Assembly: GCA_014905635.1 (NCBI GenBank)
Contig: JABVCE010000037.1
Coordinates: 62,001 to 126,000, forward strand
Source of the DNA: Scenedesmus sp. PABB004
Taxonomy: Eukaryota
Reading direction: 5' to 3'
Length of the DNA stretch: 64,000 nucleotides
Part shown: piece after piece, positions 39,001-50,941 of the stretch
How the letters are laid out: every line of letters begins with the position of its first letter
Numbering within the stretch: the stretch's first letter is position 1
Position numbers and translations under genes: made by a program
Notes under the pieces: generated by a model
The model's database searches: none
Told to the model about the DNA's origin: nothing
The model's input: the letters and a program-made list of their open reading frames with translations, nothing else

Positions 39001-42000
39001 ATGCTCCGGCATAGAGCAGCACTGCTGCTCGCGGCAGTGGCGGCGCTGCTGCTGGCCGGCACCAGAGGTGCGCACCGCCTGCCGCAGGCCGCGCGCCGCG
39101 CCTGCGTCCGCTTCCGCTGACGCGCGCTGCCCGCCCGCCCCGGCGCGCGCCCAGGTGTCGCGGGGCAGGGCCTGGGCGTGAGCCCCGACCAGCTCGGCGA
39201 GGGCGAGGCGGCGACGGCGAGCCAGTTTGAGGTGTTTGAGGACGCGCTCGCCCTCGCGGCGCAGTCGACGGGCGGCCGCGGCAACGGCGGCAGGGGCGGC
39301 ACAAACGTGGGCAGCAGCGCGTTCACCGACGCCGACAGACTGCGCACGCTGCAGGTGCGACGGTGTGCGGGCGCGGCGCTGCCGCAGCTCGCGCCGCCTC
39401 GTGCCTAGGTGTGCGCGAGCGCACCTCAATCGCCCGCCCACTTCTGCGCACGCCCGTCCTCCCACCAAACAAACCACAGACGGGTGTGTATTACCTGGCC
39501 GGCGCGGCGGAGGCGTTTGGGACGTGCCGAAGCGGCGGCGCCGGCACGGCGCGGCGCGGGCGCGTGCCGCGCCGCGCGACGTGCAACGCCTTTGTGCCGC
39601 CCCCGCGCGACCAGAAGGAGTGTTCCACGTGTGTGAGCACCGCGGTGGCGACCGCGATGCAGATAGCCGCCGCGACGGCGCTGCAGCAGGACGTACGGCG
39701 CTGGGAGGTCAACCCGGCCTCGCTTCACTACTGCTCTGCTGGCGGCCGCACCTGCCGCACCGGCTGGGACATCCAGCTCGCGCTGAACGCGGTGGTGAGC
39801 GCACGAGAGCGGCTGGTGGGCGCAGCAACGGGCGGGGCGCTCGCGCCTGCCGCGTTTTGGCCTGCCGCCTGACCCGCAGCCGCCGCTGCGGCCGCAGGTT
39901 GACGAGGCGCCGCAGCTCATCCGGCCCGCATCGTGTGTGCGCAACGTGAGCGTTATGGTGGACGCGGAGCTGCAGGGGGGCGTCACGAGCTGGCGCGACG
40001 CGTGCGCGGCCGCGTCTCGCGCCTGCGCGCGCGAGAGCAGCAAGGAGCAGCCGTACGTCAAGTGCAGCTACAAATCACTCAGCAATTTCTGGGAGGTGCG
40101 CTGCCAGGGGGTGGACGAGGCCGTGCCAGCAGCGGCGGCCCGGGCGGCTGGCGGTGGCGCACCCACCGCCCCCCGCCCGCGCCGCACGCCCCCGGCCCGT
40201 CATCGTTTGGCCACTGCGCCCGCCTGTCGCCGCCCGCAGATCCAGCAACACATCCGCAACCACGGCGCCGTGGTGAGCCGCATCAGCATTTACGACGACT
40301 GGGAGGTCCAGTTCAACGCCTCCGCGGGCGCCGTGCGCGGCGAGGAGTGGCCGGCGTACCGATACAACGCGACCGCCCGGCCCCTGTTTGGCCACGCAGG
40401 CGCGGCGCGCGGGCAGGCGCAGCGCGCGGCGCGCAGGGAGGCGGGGCGCTGCGGCGCGCGCCAGGGCGTTCACGCGGCCGCCGCGCGGCGGCGCCGCCGA
40501 GCGCGGCCTCACTCGTGCCGCCGCTGCTGGCACTGTCGTGCCTGTTTGCACAGTGACAATCGTGGGATACAACAACAGCGATTACACATGGTGCGCTGCC
40601 GCGCCCGTGCGCACGCGCAGCACCATCACACCGCCGCCGCGCAAACACGCGCTGACGCCGCGCGCCCGCTCGCCAGGCTGGTGCTGAACAGCTGGGGCGG
40701 CGCGACAAAGGCGCAAGTGCGCACCAAGGGCTTCACCGCTGACGGGCTCTTCCGCATCAAGATGGGCGTTGCTGGTGCGCGGGCTGGCCCGCCACCAGCT
40801 GCTCTCGCGCAGCTGCGCGGTCGGCCGCTGCAGCCGCCTCACCTGCTGCTGCCTGCCCGTGCCCGCTCCTGGCTGCCCTCGGCTGACCGCCCGCCACGCT
40901 CCCTCCCTGCCCACCGCCCACCCTGCCCGTCGCCTGCCTGCAGCGGTGGGCACGCCGGACGAGACGTACGGCCTGGAGTGCACGCCGGTGCCGGGCGCGC
41001 CACAGCACGATCCGCACTCCACGCAGCCCTGGCGCGTGCCACGGCCCGTGGAGCTGCTCGACCCGGTGCGCGACACGCTGGACCTGCGCGCACCGTGCGT
41101 GGGCTACCGCGTCGCGCGTGGCGACACCCTGGCGTCGATTGTTGACTCGTTTGGCATCGACATGCGGCGCTTTGTGCAGCGCGACAACGCGGCGCTCTGG
41201 CCGCGCCAAAACGTGAGCTACACGCTCGGCCCGTCGCTGACTGACGCGGAGCTCGGCATGGTGCTGGCCACGGCGAAGGACGTGCTCGCAGCGCCGCGCG
41301 CGCCGCGGCCGTACGCAGCCTGCACGCACTACGACGCGTCCGGCGCCGCGACGCGCCGCACCTGCGACGCCGTGACCGGGCCGGCGGCGTGCGGGCTCGG
41401 GCGCGGCACCGTGGGCTGCGCTCTGCATTTCACGGACGCAAACCTCACGCGCACGCCGGCGCTGGGCACGCGGCTGGCCATCTGCCGCGCGTCGCAGCTG
41501 GAGGACCCGGCCGGCTTTTACGCGGTCGCGGCGTTTGCGGACCGGGAGGTCGCGCAGGTCCGGGCGCTGCTGGGCCTGGTGCAGGCGGTCGCGCCGGACT
41601 ACACGCCGCCCGCCGAGGCGGCGCGGCTCAGGTGGTGGACATGCGGAACGTCGGCCACCGCGCAAGACGCTACCAAGTCCATCCCGCTTCAGGCGGGCAG
41701 CGGCGACGAGCTGGTTCTCAGCGCGGGCGTGGGGGATTTCTCACGGCCCTTTAACAGCAGCACGTGCGGCACACTGGGTGTGGTGAAATCGGTGGAGATG
41801 TTCATCTTTCGCAACCCGCCGAGCGGGCGCGCGCGCATTGCCTTCACGCCCGCGCTGCTCGCGCCCCTGCTGAGCCTGCGCGGCAGCCTCGCGGGGCTGT
41901 GGCTGGGCGACACTGTCGGCAGTTGGGAACTGCCGCCCCAGCTGGGCTCGCTGGCAGCGCTGAAGATGCTGTTCTTATCACACCCATGCTTCACTGGCAG

Positions 42001-44877
42001 CCTGCCAGCCAAATGGATGGACGGCGGCTGGCGGTCGACGTTGACTGCACTCTCTGTGTTGCCGTTCTTCGCGACCACAACTGCGCCCGGCTGCGGCGTG
42101 ACAGGGACAATTCCGGAGGCCTGGCTGGCGCGTCCCACGGCACTCAAGGAGCTTAGGCTGCTCGACCAGCGCCTGTCTGGCAAGCTCCCGCCCAGCATGG
42201 GGCGCTGGCGGCGGCTGGAGAGCCTGGTGAGCCAAGTGCGGTGCTGCCTTCGCTGCCCGCACCGCCGTTGCTCACCTGCCGCGCAACTGCCTGCCTGCCG
42301 CCGCCCGTGCTGTCGCGCCCGAAAACAGATACTCACGAACAACACCTTCTCGGGGCTCCTGAGCCCAGAGTGGAGCCAACTGCGCTCTCTGTCAAGACTG
42401 TGGCTCGGCGGCAACCGCCTGACCGGCGCGGTGCCGGCGTCGTGGGCGGCGCTGCAGAACAATGTAGACTTGGACCTTAGTGACAACGCAGGCCTGAGCG
42501 GCTGCCTGCCCTTCGACCCCCCGTTTGTGGACAGCGTGGAGCGCAGCGGCACGGCCATCACCGGTGCGTGCAACAGCAACGAGGGCGAGGCTGCCCAATG
42601 GCGCGCGCTCAACACCACCCTGCGCGACGTGCTGCTGTCGGGCGCGGACGCGTCTGTGCACGCCGTGTTTGACCGCATGCTGGCCCAGCTGCGGCCGCTC
42701 AGCAGCGCGCTGGCCGATGGAGATAAAATGCTCACGTACTCGGCAGACGGTGAGCCCCCTGGTGGCGACGGGCCAATCCCCTGGTCCATCAATGTCGATG
42801 TGCAGCGCGTGGACAACGGCGTGGGCGTGGTCGGCATCAACGCGTTTGGCGAGCAGATCCTCGGCATACACACCAGCCTGCTGCCCAAGCTAGCAGCCGT
42901 GCTCTCGGACCTTCAATACTTCCGGTGCAGATCCTGCCGCAGCAACAGCACCGCCGGCGGCCCCGCGCGCCCGGCGGACACGGAGCTGCCGCCGGGCCTG
43001 CCCGCGGCGGCGCCGAAGCTCAAGGTCCTGCACTTAGAAGACTCTGCGCTGCGCGGCACGCTGCCGCCGGAGTGGGGCCGAGGCTGGGCGCTGGAGGCTC
43101 TGGAGCTGACCGGCAACGCGATCAGCGGGTCCCTGCCGGCTGCTTGGAAGGACCTCGCATCGCTCACAACCCTTGACCTTTCAATCAACGCACTGGAAGG
43201 GAGTCTGCCGCCCGAGTGGGGCGAGGGCGTGCTGCCGCCATCGGCATGGATCAGTGTGTCTCAAAACGCTGGGCTCAACGGCACCGTGCCGGCGTCCTGG
43301 GCACGCTTCCAAGGCGTCTCAGTCGAGGGCACTGCAATCGACGGCTGTGCGCCGGGGGGCCTGGATGTGTACGGCACCACCGGCCAGCTGCCATCGTGCT
43401 CAGACCCAGAGCGGAGCGCCCTGGACGCGCTGCAGGCGCTGCTCACCAACGCAAGCCTGGAGCACGGCGCGGCCAACAACCAGTCGCTGGCGTCCTGGTT
43501 TGTGAAGCCTGCATACTCATACCAGATAGGTGGGTGATGCGGGGCGTGGCAGCGGTGGCACAGCGCTGCTTTGCTCGCTGCCGCGCCGCTGACGGCCGCC
43601 CCGCTGTGCCACCGACACCCGTGCTCGCAGTGTTCCCGCATTGTGACGGCTGGGCGGGTGTGGCCTGCGACGCGACCAGCCGCCGCGTGACCAGCCTGGA
43701 CCTGTCGGGCCTGGGGCTGCGCCTTGCGCCGCTGGCGCTGGAGCAGGTGACGTCGCTCGCCGCGCAGCTGCCGAGCCTGCGCAGCCTGGTGCTGGCGGGG
43801 CTGGGGCTGGGCGGGAGCCTGGACGCCGCCGCGGCCGACCTCGTGACCCTGGCCGCGCTGGAGACCCTCAACGTGAGCGGCAACCCCGAGCTCGGCGGCG
43901 GCCTGCCCGCTGACCTGGGCGGCGCGGCGGCGCTGCAGGTGCTCGATGTGTCTGGCTGCGCCCTGGGCGGGCCGCTGCCTGAGGGGTACGTAGCGCTGCA
44001 GCGCCTGCGCGTGCTGCGCGCCAGCGGCAACGTCGGCGTGCGCGGCGCGCTGCCGCTGGCGTGGGGCTGGCTGCAGGAGCTTGAGGAGCTGGACCTGCGC
44101 GGCTGCAACCTTGCGGGGGCGCTGCCGGCGGCTGCCTGGGCCCAGCCGCTCGCGTCCGCGGCGGCGCGCGCGGCGCTGGCCGCGGCGGTGCGGCCCGGCA
44201 GCGCAGCCGGACTGGGCGTCGCGGCGGTGGCGGCGCGCGCGGCGGGCGCGGGGCGGCGCCGGCGGGCCAGGGGCCGCTGATGGCGCGGCTGCGCGTGCTG
44301 CGCCTCGGCAACAGCGGCCTCACCGGTGGGCTGCCGCCCGAGCTCAGCCAGTTCAGCGGGCTGCAAGTGATTGACCTGGCGCGCAGCCCGGGGCTGGGCG
44401 GCGGGCTCCCGCCGGCGCTTGCGTACCTCCGCGGCCTGCAGGTGCGGGCCGGGGGCGAGGGGGAGAGGGGGGTGCTGCTTCGACCGCTACGTGCACGGGT
44501 GCGCCTGCTCACCGCCGCCTCTGTTGCTTCTGCCTCCGCCGCCGCAGGAGCTGTCGCTGGCGGGCTGCGGGCTGGGCGGGCCGCTGCCGACGAGCTGGCT
44601 GGGCCTGGTGAACCTGCGGGAGGGGCTCGACCTCTCGTCCAACGCCCTCACGGGGACCGTGCCACGCATGTGGTCGTCGCTGCGGGGCCTGCCACCGGGT
44701 GCGATCGACCTGCGCGACAATCCGTGCATGCCGCCGGCCGAGCTGGCCGCGAGCGTGGGCGCGGCCGGGCTGGGCGGCGTGGTGCGCCTTGGCGCCCTCG
44801 ACGGCAGCGGCAGCTCGCGGGCGTGCCCGGCGGCGCACGGCGGCGGCGCTGATACGGCTGCACGCAACGTCTGCTGA
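39001..44877 (+). CDS. Secreted papain-family (C1A) cysteine peptidase + LysM + multiple LRR blocks (about 12 exons)
   Basis: Signal MLRHRAALLLAAVAALLLAG; PRDQKECSTCVS (Gln/Cys), FGHAVTIVGYNN (His), LVLNSWG (Asn), GLFRIKMG; LysM-like YRVARGDTLASIVDSFGIDM; plant-type LRRs LxLxxNxLxGxLPxxW; stop TGA 44875-44877. Confidence 0.85.
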
Positions 44878-45037
44878 GCGCGCTGCGCGCCGGCGGCTGG
44901 CCCGGCGCATGCGCGGCGCAGCGTGTCACCCGTGCGGTGTGCGACGCGATGCCGCTGGGCGGCACGTGCTCCAATTGCAACTGCAACCCCTCCGCGGCGA
45001 CTTGCATTGACCACGTCAATTGAACGCCTGCGCGCCC

Positions 45038-48000
45038 TCACCCGTTCTCCTGCTGCTCCTCCCCCGCGCCGCCGTCGCCGCCGTCGCCGCCGCCGCGGGC
45101 CGCCGCCGCCGCCGCGGCGAGCTGCTGCTCCGCGGTCGCGCTGTACGCGCTCGACTTGTGCTTGGGCGCGAAGCGGAAGCCCCGCGGCGCGGGGCCGAGC
45201 AGCATCTCGCTCAGGGCCACCCAGTCGGCCGCGGCCTCGGAGCTCAGCAGCGCCTCGAGCTCGCTCCGCGCCGCGTACGCGGGCGGGCGCCACTGCATCT
45301 GCTGCGGGACGACCTCCAGCAGGCCCACCGGGATGTACCTGCGCCCACGAGGGCGCCGCGCGCGCGCGGGCGGCGGGAGCACGCGCGTGGCCCGCGCCGC
45401 CGCGGCGACGGCGGGCGCGCCGCGGAGGCGAGCGGCGCGCGCCGCGCCCCGGCGCCGTCTTGCCGCCCCGCCTGGCGCAGCAGCGCTGTCCCCCTGCCGC
45501 CGCCGCGCCTGTGAGTGAAGCTGAGCCACTCGAGCAGGAAGCTGCGCGTGGCCTCGACGCCGCGCGCGTCGCTGCCCCAGTGCTCCAGGCCGTGGCCCAC
45601 AAACGTCTTGAGCAGCTCCAGGCGCTCCCCCGCGCTGATGTCCCACAGCCGCTGCTCCCGGATCTCTGCCGCGGACCGGCGCAGCGTGCGGACGGAGCGC
45701 GCGGCGCAGCGCGCGGACGGAGCGCGCGGGCTCTGAGATCGCGCCGCCGCGCGGCCGGTCAGCGCCCGCCGCCAAACCATGCACACGCGTGCGCGCGCGC
45801 GGGCACACACGCAAGGGCGCACCCGTGAAGATCCAGGGCTTGATCAGCGCGGCGCGGCCGATCATCGCCGTCGCGACGCCGCTGCTGCCGAGGCGGTCCG
45901 CCCACTCCGCGTAGCTGAACACGTCACCGTTGCCCACCAGCGGCACGCCCGCGCCCGCCGCGACGCCCGCGCACCGCCTGGCGCGGCGGCGGCGGCGCGA
46001 CCGCGGGCAGGCGCGCGCGCGTGTCGGCCTGCGCGGCCGGCTGGGCTGGCGTGCCGGTCGGGACACGCGCCCCGCGGCCCCCTCGGGTGGCTGCCCCCCC
46101 CCCCTTCTCGGGGCGCACCGGATATAGTCCCAGTCAGCGGCGCGGCTGTAGCGCTGCTGGCGGCTGCGGCCGTGCAGCGTGACCGCCGCCGCGCCCCAGG
46201 CCGCGATCCGGGGGATGAGCTCGTGTGCGACGTCAGCGTCGTCCGCGTAGCCCTTCCTGCGCGCCGCGCGCGCGCGCGCACGGGAGCGGCGGAGAGCGGC
46301 GGAGAGCGGGGGCGAGGGCGCGGGGGTGGTCGGAGCCGGCCACGCCGCAGCGCGGCGCGCCGCCGCGCGGCGCCGCCGGGGGCGAGCCAGCGGCGCCGGC
46401 CGGTCGCCCCGAAGTCCGCCCGCGCCCCAAGGGCCCAACTACACACACGCGCACACACACACACACACACACACACGCGCGCACAAACACACGCACAAAC
46501 ACACACAATGCGGCGCACCGGATCTTGACGATCACCGGCCGGCTCAGCACGCCCGCCGTCGCGCGCACCACCTCCTCGAGCCGCCGCGGCCGCGTGAGCA
46601 GCGCGCTGCCGGCGCCGCGGCCGCAGATGATGTCGATGGGGCAGCCTGGCAGCCGGGGCCGGCGGGCGGCGGGCAGCGCGCGTGGCGGCGTGCGTGTGGC
46701 GGCGCGTGGCGGGCGCACCCCACCGCGCCGCAGCCACCGCCCGCGGCGCCCGCTGAGCTCCCGACACCCCGTGCGCTTTGAGCCCCGCCGCGGCCCCGCT
46801 GAACCCTGAGCCGCGCACCGCAGTTGATGTCAACATAGTCCACGTCGCACGCCTCGTCCACGAGCTGCGCGACGCGGGCCATGGTGTCAGGGTATCCACC
46901 ACACACCTGCGAGGGCGGCGGGTGCGTCAGCGCGGTGGCGGGCCGGAATACCGTTGGCGGCGAGGCCCGGCCGCTGGCCGCACGGCCGCTCCGCAGCGCG
47001 GCGCGCTGCGACCAGCGCCGCTGGCGCCGCCGGCACCGCGCCTGCACGCCAAAGATCTTCTCGCTGGGGTGCCGCTTGAGCAGCGCCCACTCGCTCGCCT
47101 GGCCCTGGCGGCGGCGCGCGCAGGCGGCCGCGCGGGCGCGGCGCGGGCGCGGCGCGCGTCGGCGGCGCGCCCCGGACGCGCCGCGCGCGCCACCCCGCGC
47201 CGCCGCCGCCGCCGTGCCTGCAGCAGGTTGGTCGCGAGCGCCATCTCGCCGCACGTGACCTCGCAGCCCAGCCCCACGCACAGCCGGCGGAACGGGAGGT
47301 TGCCGACCGTGGTCAGCGGGGCGAGGTAGGTCTTGCCGGCGATGTCCAGACCCCGCCGCGCCCGCGGCTCGCCGCGCGCGCCGGCCGCGTCGGCCAGGCC
47401 GCCCACGCGCAGCGGCGGCGGCGGCGCCGGCGACGCCTGCCGCGCCTGCTGCGGCGGTGGCTCGGCCTGCAGCGCCGCGACAAACGCAGCGTCGGCGCCC
47501 GGCTCGGGCGCTGCTGCTGCTGCTGTTGGTATTGCTGCTGGCGCTTCTGCCGCTGCTGCTGCTGCTGCTGCTGGCGCTTCTGCTGCTGCTGCTGCCGCTG
47601 CCTCCGGCGTCGGTGCTGGCGCTGCCTCCGGCGCCGCTGCCGCCGGCTCCGGCGCTGCCACCGCGGGCGCGGGCGCGGGGCGCGGCGGCGGATCGCCCGC
47701 GCCATACAGCGCGTCCAGCTCGTCCATCGCGTCGCCGGCCGCCGGCGCCTGCTGCGCCTCCGTGCCGGCGCCGTCCAGGCGCGGCCGCTTGGCCTCCTGC
47801 GACTCGGCGGCCGCGCCGCGCGCCGGCGCGCCGGCGCCGCGCTCGTCGTCGCGCGGCCGCCCGCGCCCGCCGTCGCCGCGCCCGCCGCCGCGCCCGCCGC
47901 CGCCGCGGGGCGCGCCGCCGCCGCCGCCGGCCTTCTTGCCGCGGCCCTTGCCCGTGACGCCGGGGTCGAGCCCCAGCGCCGCGAGCGCCGCCTCGGCGCG

Positions 48001-48618
48001 CCCAAAGTCGTGCCGCCCCTTCCACAGCGCCTGCTGCAGGGCCTTGTCCAGCACGTTGACCGGCTTGACCAGCTCCGCGATCAGCGGCAGCTGCGCGACC
48101 GGCGCGACCGCGACCGCCGCCGCGCCGGAGGGCTCGGCGTCCGCCGGCGCGGGCGCGGCCGCCGGCGCGGGCCCGCCCTCGCCGCGCGCGTGGGAGCCCG
48201 CCCAGCGGCAAGTCATGCCGTACGGGCAGGCCGGCTGCACAAGGGCAAAGGGGCAGCGCCCGGGCAGGTCGGGCGGCTTGGCCGCGAGGAAGGCGGCGGC
48301 GTCGTGGCTGAACTTGCAGGACTCGCCGTAGCCGCAGCGCCCCATCGCAAAGTTGGTGCACAGCTCGCCCTTTGCCGCCGCGCTGCGCTCCTTCTTGGCA
48401 GCCGCCCGGGACTTGCGCTCCGCGACCTTGGGCTCGGCCGGCGGCGGCGCGGGCGCGCCGGCGGGCCCGCCGCTGCCGCCCGGCTCGGCGGCCGCCGGCT
48501 CGGCGGCCGCCGGTGGCGCCTGGCGCGCCACGAAGGGCAGCAGGAACTGCTTCTTCACCGGCGCGATCCCACGCGCCATCAGCTCCTCCGCGCTGAGCTC
48601 AAGCAGCGACGGCGGCAT
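45038..48618 (-). CDS. DUS3: tRNA-dihydrouridine(47) synthase with N-terminal CCCH zinc fingers (about 8 exons)
   Basis: [94 protein letters not shown]. Confidence 0.95.
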
Positions 48619-49216
48619 CGCGGCGGCGCGGGGCCCGCGCTGCCGTTGCTGCTGCTGCGCCGTCGGCGGCGGCGGCTGCGCGCGCGGCGGCGGCTGTGCC
48701 TACGGGTCACGGGTGTGGAGGGGGCAGGGCAGCCGGCCGGCGGGTCGGCGGCGGCGGTGCGCGCTCCAGAGCGGCGTCCCGGCTGACGGTGTTGTTGCGC
48801 GGCTGCCGCTGTTGCGCGGCTACGAGCTCGCGCCGCGCTCGTCCTCCTCACTCAACGCTCCCGGCGTCGCGCCCCGACGCTGCCTGCGCCTGCGCGCAAG
48901 GCAGGCCGTGCGTTGCGGCCCACCACGCGCAGCAACAGCGGCGCCAGGCCCGGCACGCCCTCTCCCGGAGGCTCACGCGCGTCGGCCAACGCCCACGCGT
49001 GATCGCGGGGCCCGGCGCGCCCGGTCGGCGCGGCAGCAGCACCAGAGCAGCGCCCGCGGCCCTGCTCGCCCCCGCGCCCCGGCAGGAGGCGGCGCGGTCA
49101 CCCCCGGCCAGCAGGCGGCCCCCGCTCGCACCTGAGGGCCAGGCGCCGCGCGCGTGCCGCGCCCGCCGCGCTCGCCGCCGGCGCAGCAGTGCCGTGTGCC
49201 GTTTCCCCTGCGAGCG

Positions 49217-49365
49217 ATGGCGGGCAACGACTCCATGGCCGGCCTCTACCACAGCCCCTACCCGGGCATGGGCATGAGCCCCTCGCCCGTGTTGGACTGC
49301 AAGGGCAACTCGACGTGCGAGAAGACCAACCCGGACAGCATCAACGGCGTGTTCACGGCGTGCGT

Positions 49366-49426
<61 letters not shown>

Positions 49427-50909
49427 GCCGACGCCGCGCCCGCCGCCGCGCGCGCCAGGCTGACGGTCAACGCGATCATCGGCGGCGCGTGCCTGCTGGG
49501 CTTCCTGCTGCTGCGGCCGATCATGAAGCAGTACAGCCTGCGCCTGGTGGGCGGGGCGGGGGCCTGGCGGGCGGGACGGGCCTGGCGGGCGGGGCGAGGT
49601 GGGGGCAGGACGAGGCAGCGGCAGAGGCAGCGGCAGAGGCAGAGGCAGGGCGCGAGCGGGGCGGCGCCCGGGGCAGCGTCCTGCGAGCCGCGGCGTGCAG
49701 GACGCTGGCACGCGCTCGCAGGACGGCGTCGCGCGCCACCGACCCGGCCGTCCCGCCCGCCCGTCCCGCCGCCGCGCCGCAGCACCTGCCTTCCATCACC
49801 ATCCGCCCGCCCCCGCTGCCCACCAAGGGCCTGGGCAAGTACTTGTGAGCAGCGCCCCGGGGTCGCCGCGCGGGCGGCGGGGCGGCGGCGGCGCGCGGCG
49901 GGCAGGGGCGCGGGTGCCCGCGCACGGGCCTGGCCTGGCCTCGCGCAGCAGCGGCGCGCGCGGCGGCGGCGGCGGCGGTGGCAGCCCGGCCCGCCGCTCA
50001 CGCCGCGCCGCGCCGCGCCGCGCGCCCCGCTCGGCGCGCGCAGCGGCTGGATCAAGCCCGTGCTGACCACCAGCGACGGCTTCATACTGCGCTCGGCGGG
50101 GCTCGACGCCCTGGTGCGCCCCACACGCCCGCGCCCGCACGCCCGCGCCCGCACGCCCGCGCCCGCACGCCGCGCCTGCGCGCCCGGCGGCGCGCCCGGC
50201 GGCGCGCGCCGGCCGAGCCCCCGCGTGCCGCCGCCCCGCCGCGTGCGCAGGTCCTGCAAAAGGGGTACGCGCTGGGCGTGCAGATGCTGCTGCCCATGGC
50301 CATCTTTGGCTGCTGCCTGCGTGAGTCGGCGCGCCGGCGGGGCGCCGCCGCGTCGCGCGCCGCGCCCAGCGCCCGCCGCGCGCAGCCCTGCGCGCCCCCG
50401 CCCGGCCGCCACCAACCCGCTTCACCACCACCTGCCCGCCGCGCCGCCGCACCGCCCAGTGCTGCCGCTGCAGACAAGTGAGGCGTTCATCGTCGGCGAT
50501 GCGAGCTACAGCCGCGTGACCATGGCCAACATACGCCCCAACTCCACCATCATGTGGTGCGCCGCCGGGCGCGCCCTCAACACTTTTTTCACCGCGCCCT
50601 AACCCTCGTGCCGCCCCCCCTGCGCGCACGCCGACCAACGTTTGCCCCGACCTCCGACGCGGCACGCCGACCAACACTCGCCGCCGCCCCCCCAACCCCC
50701 CCCCCCCCCTGAACCCCTAAACCCTATCACCACCACCAGGGCCCACTGGGTGAGCTGCTTCCTCTTCCTCGGCTGGACCTTCCTGCTGCTCGAGTACCAC
50801 ACGCGCCAGTACGCGGCCGTGCGCCAGCACTACCTCCGCGGCGGCGACGACCCCAACTACTGGCGCGACCTCCACATGAGCGAGGCCGACGGCACGCACG
50901 TGCGTGCGC

Positions 50910-50941
<32 letters not shown>

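Noticed and set aside
44188..44282. Apparent frameshift or TGATG stop-start coupling in the LRR gene
   Set aside because: An 83-nt phase-0 intron (GTGCGG at 44188 to CCAG at 44270) joins the frames cleanly.
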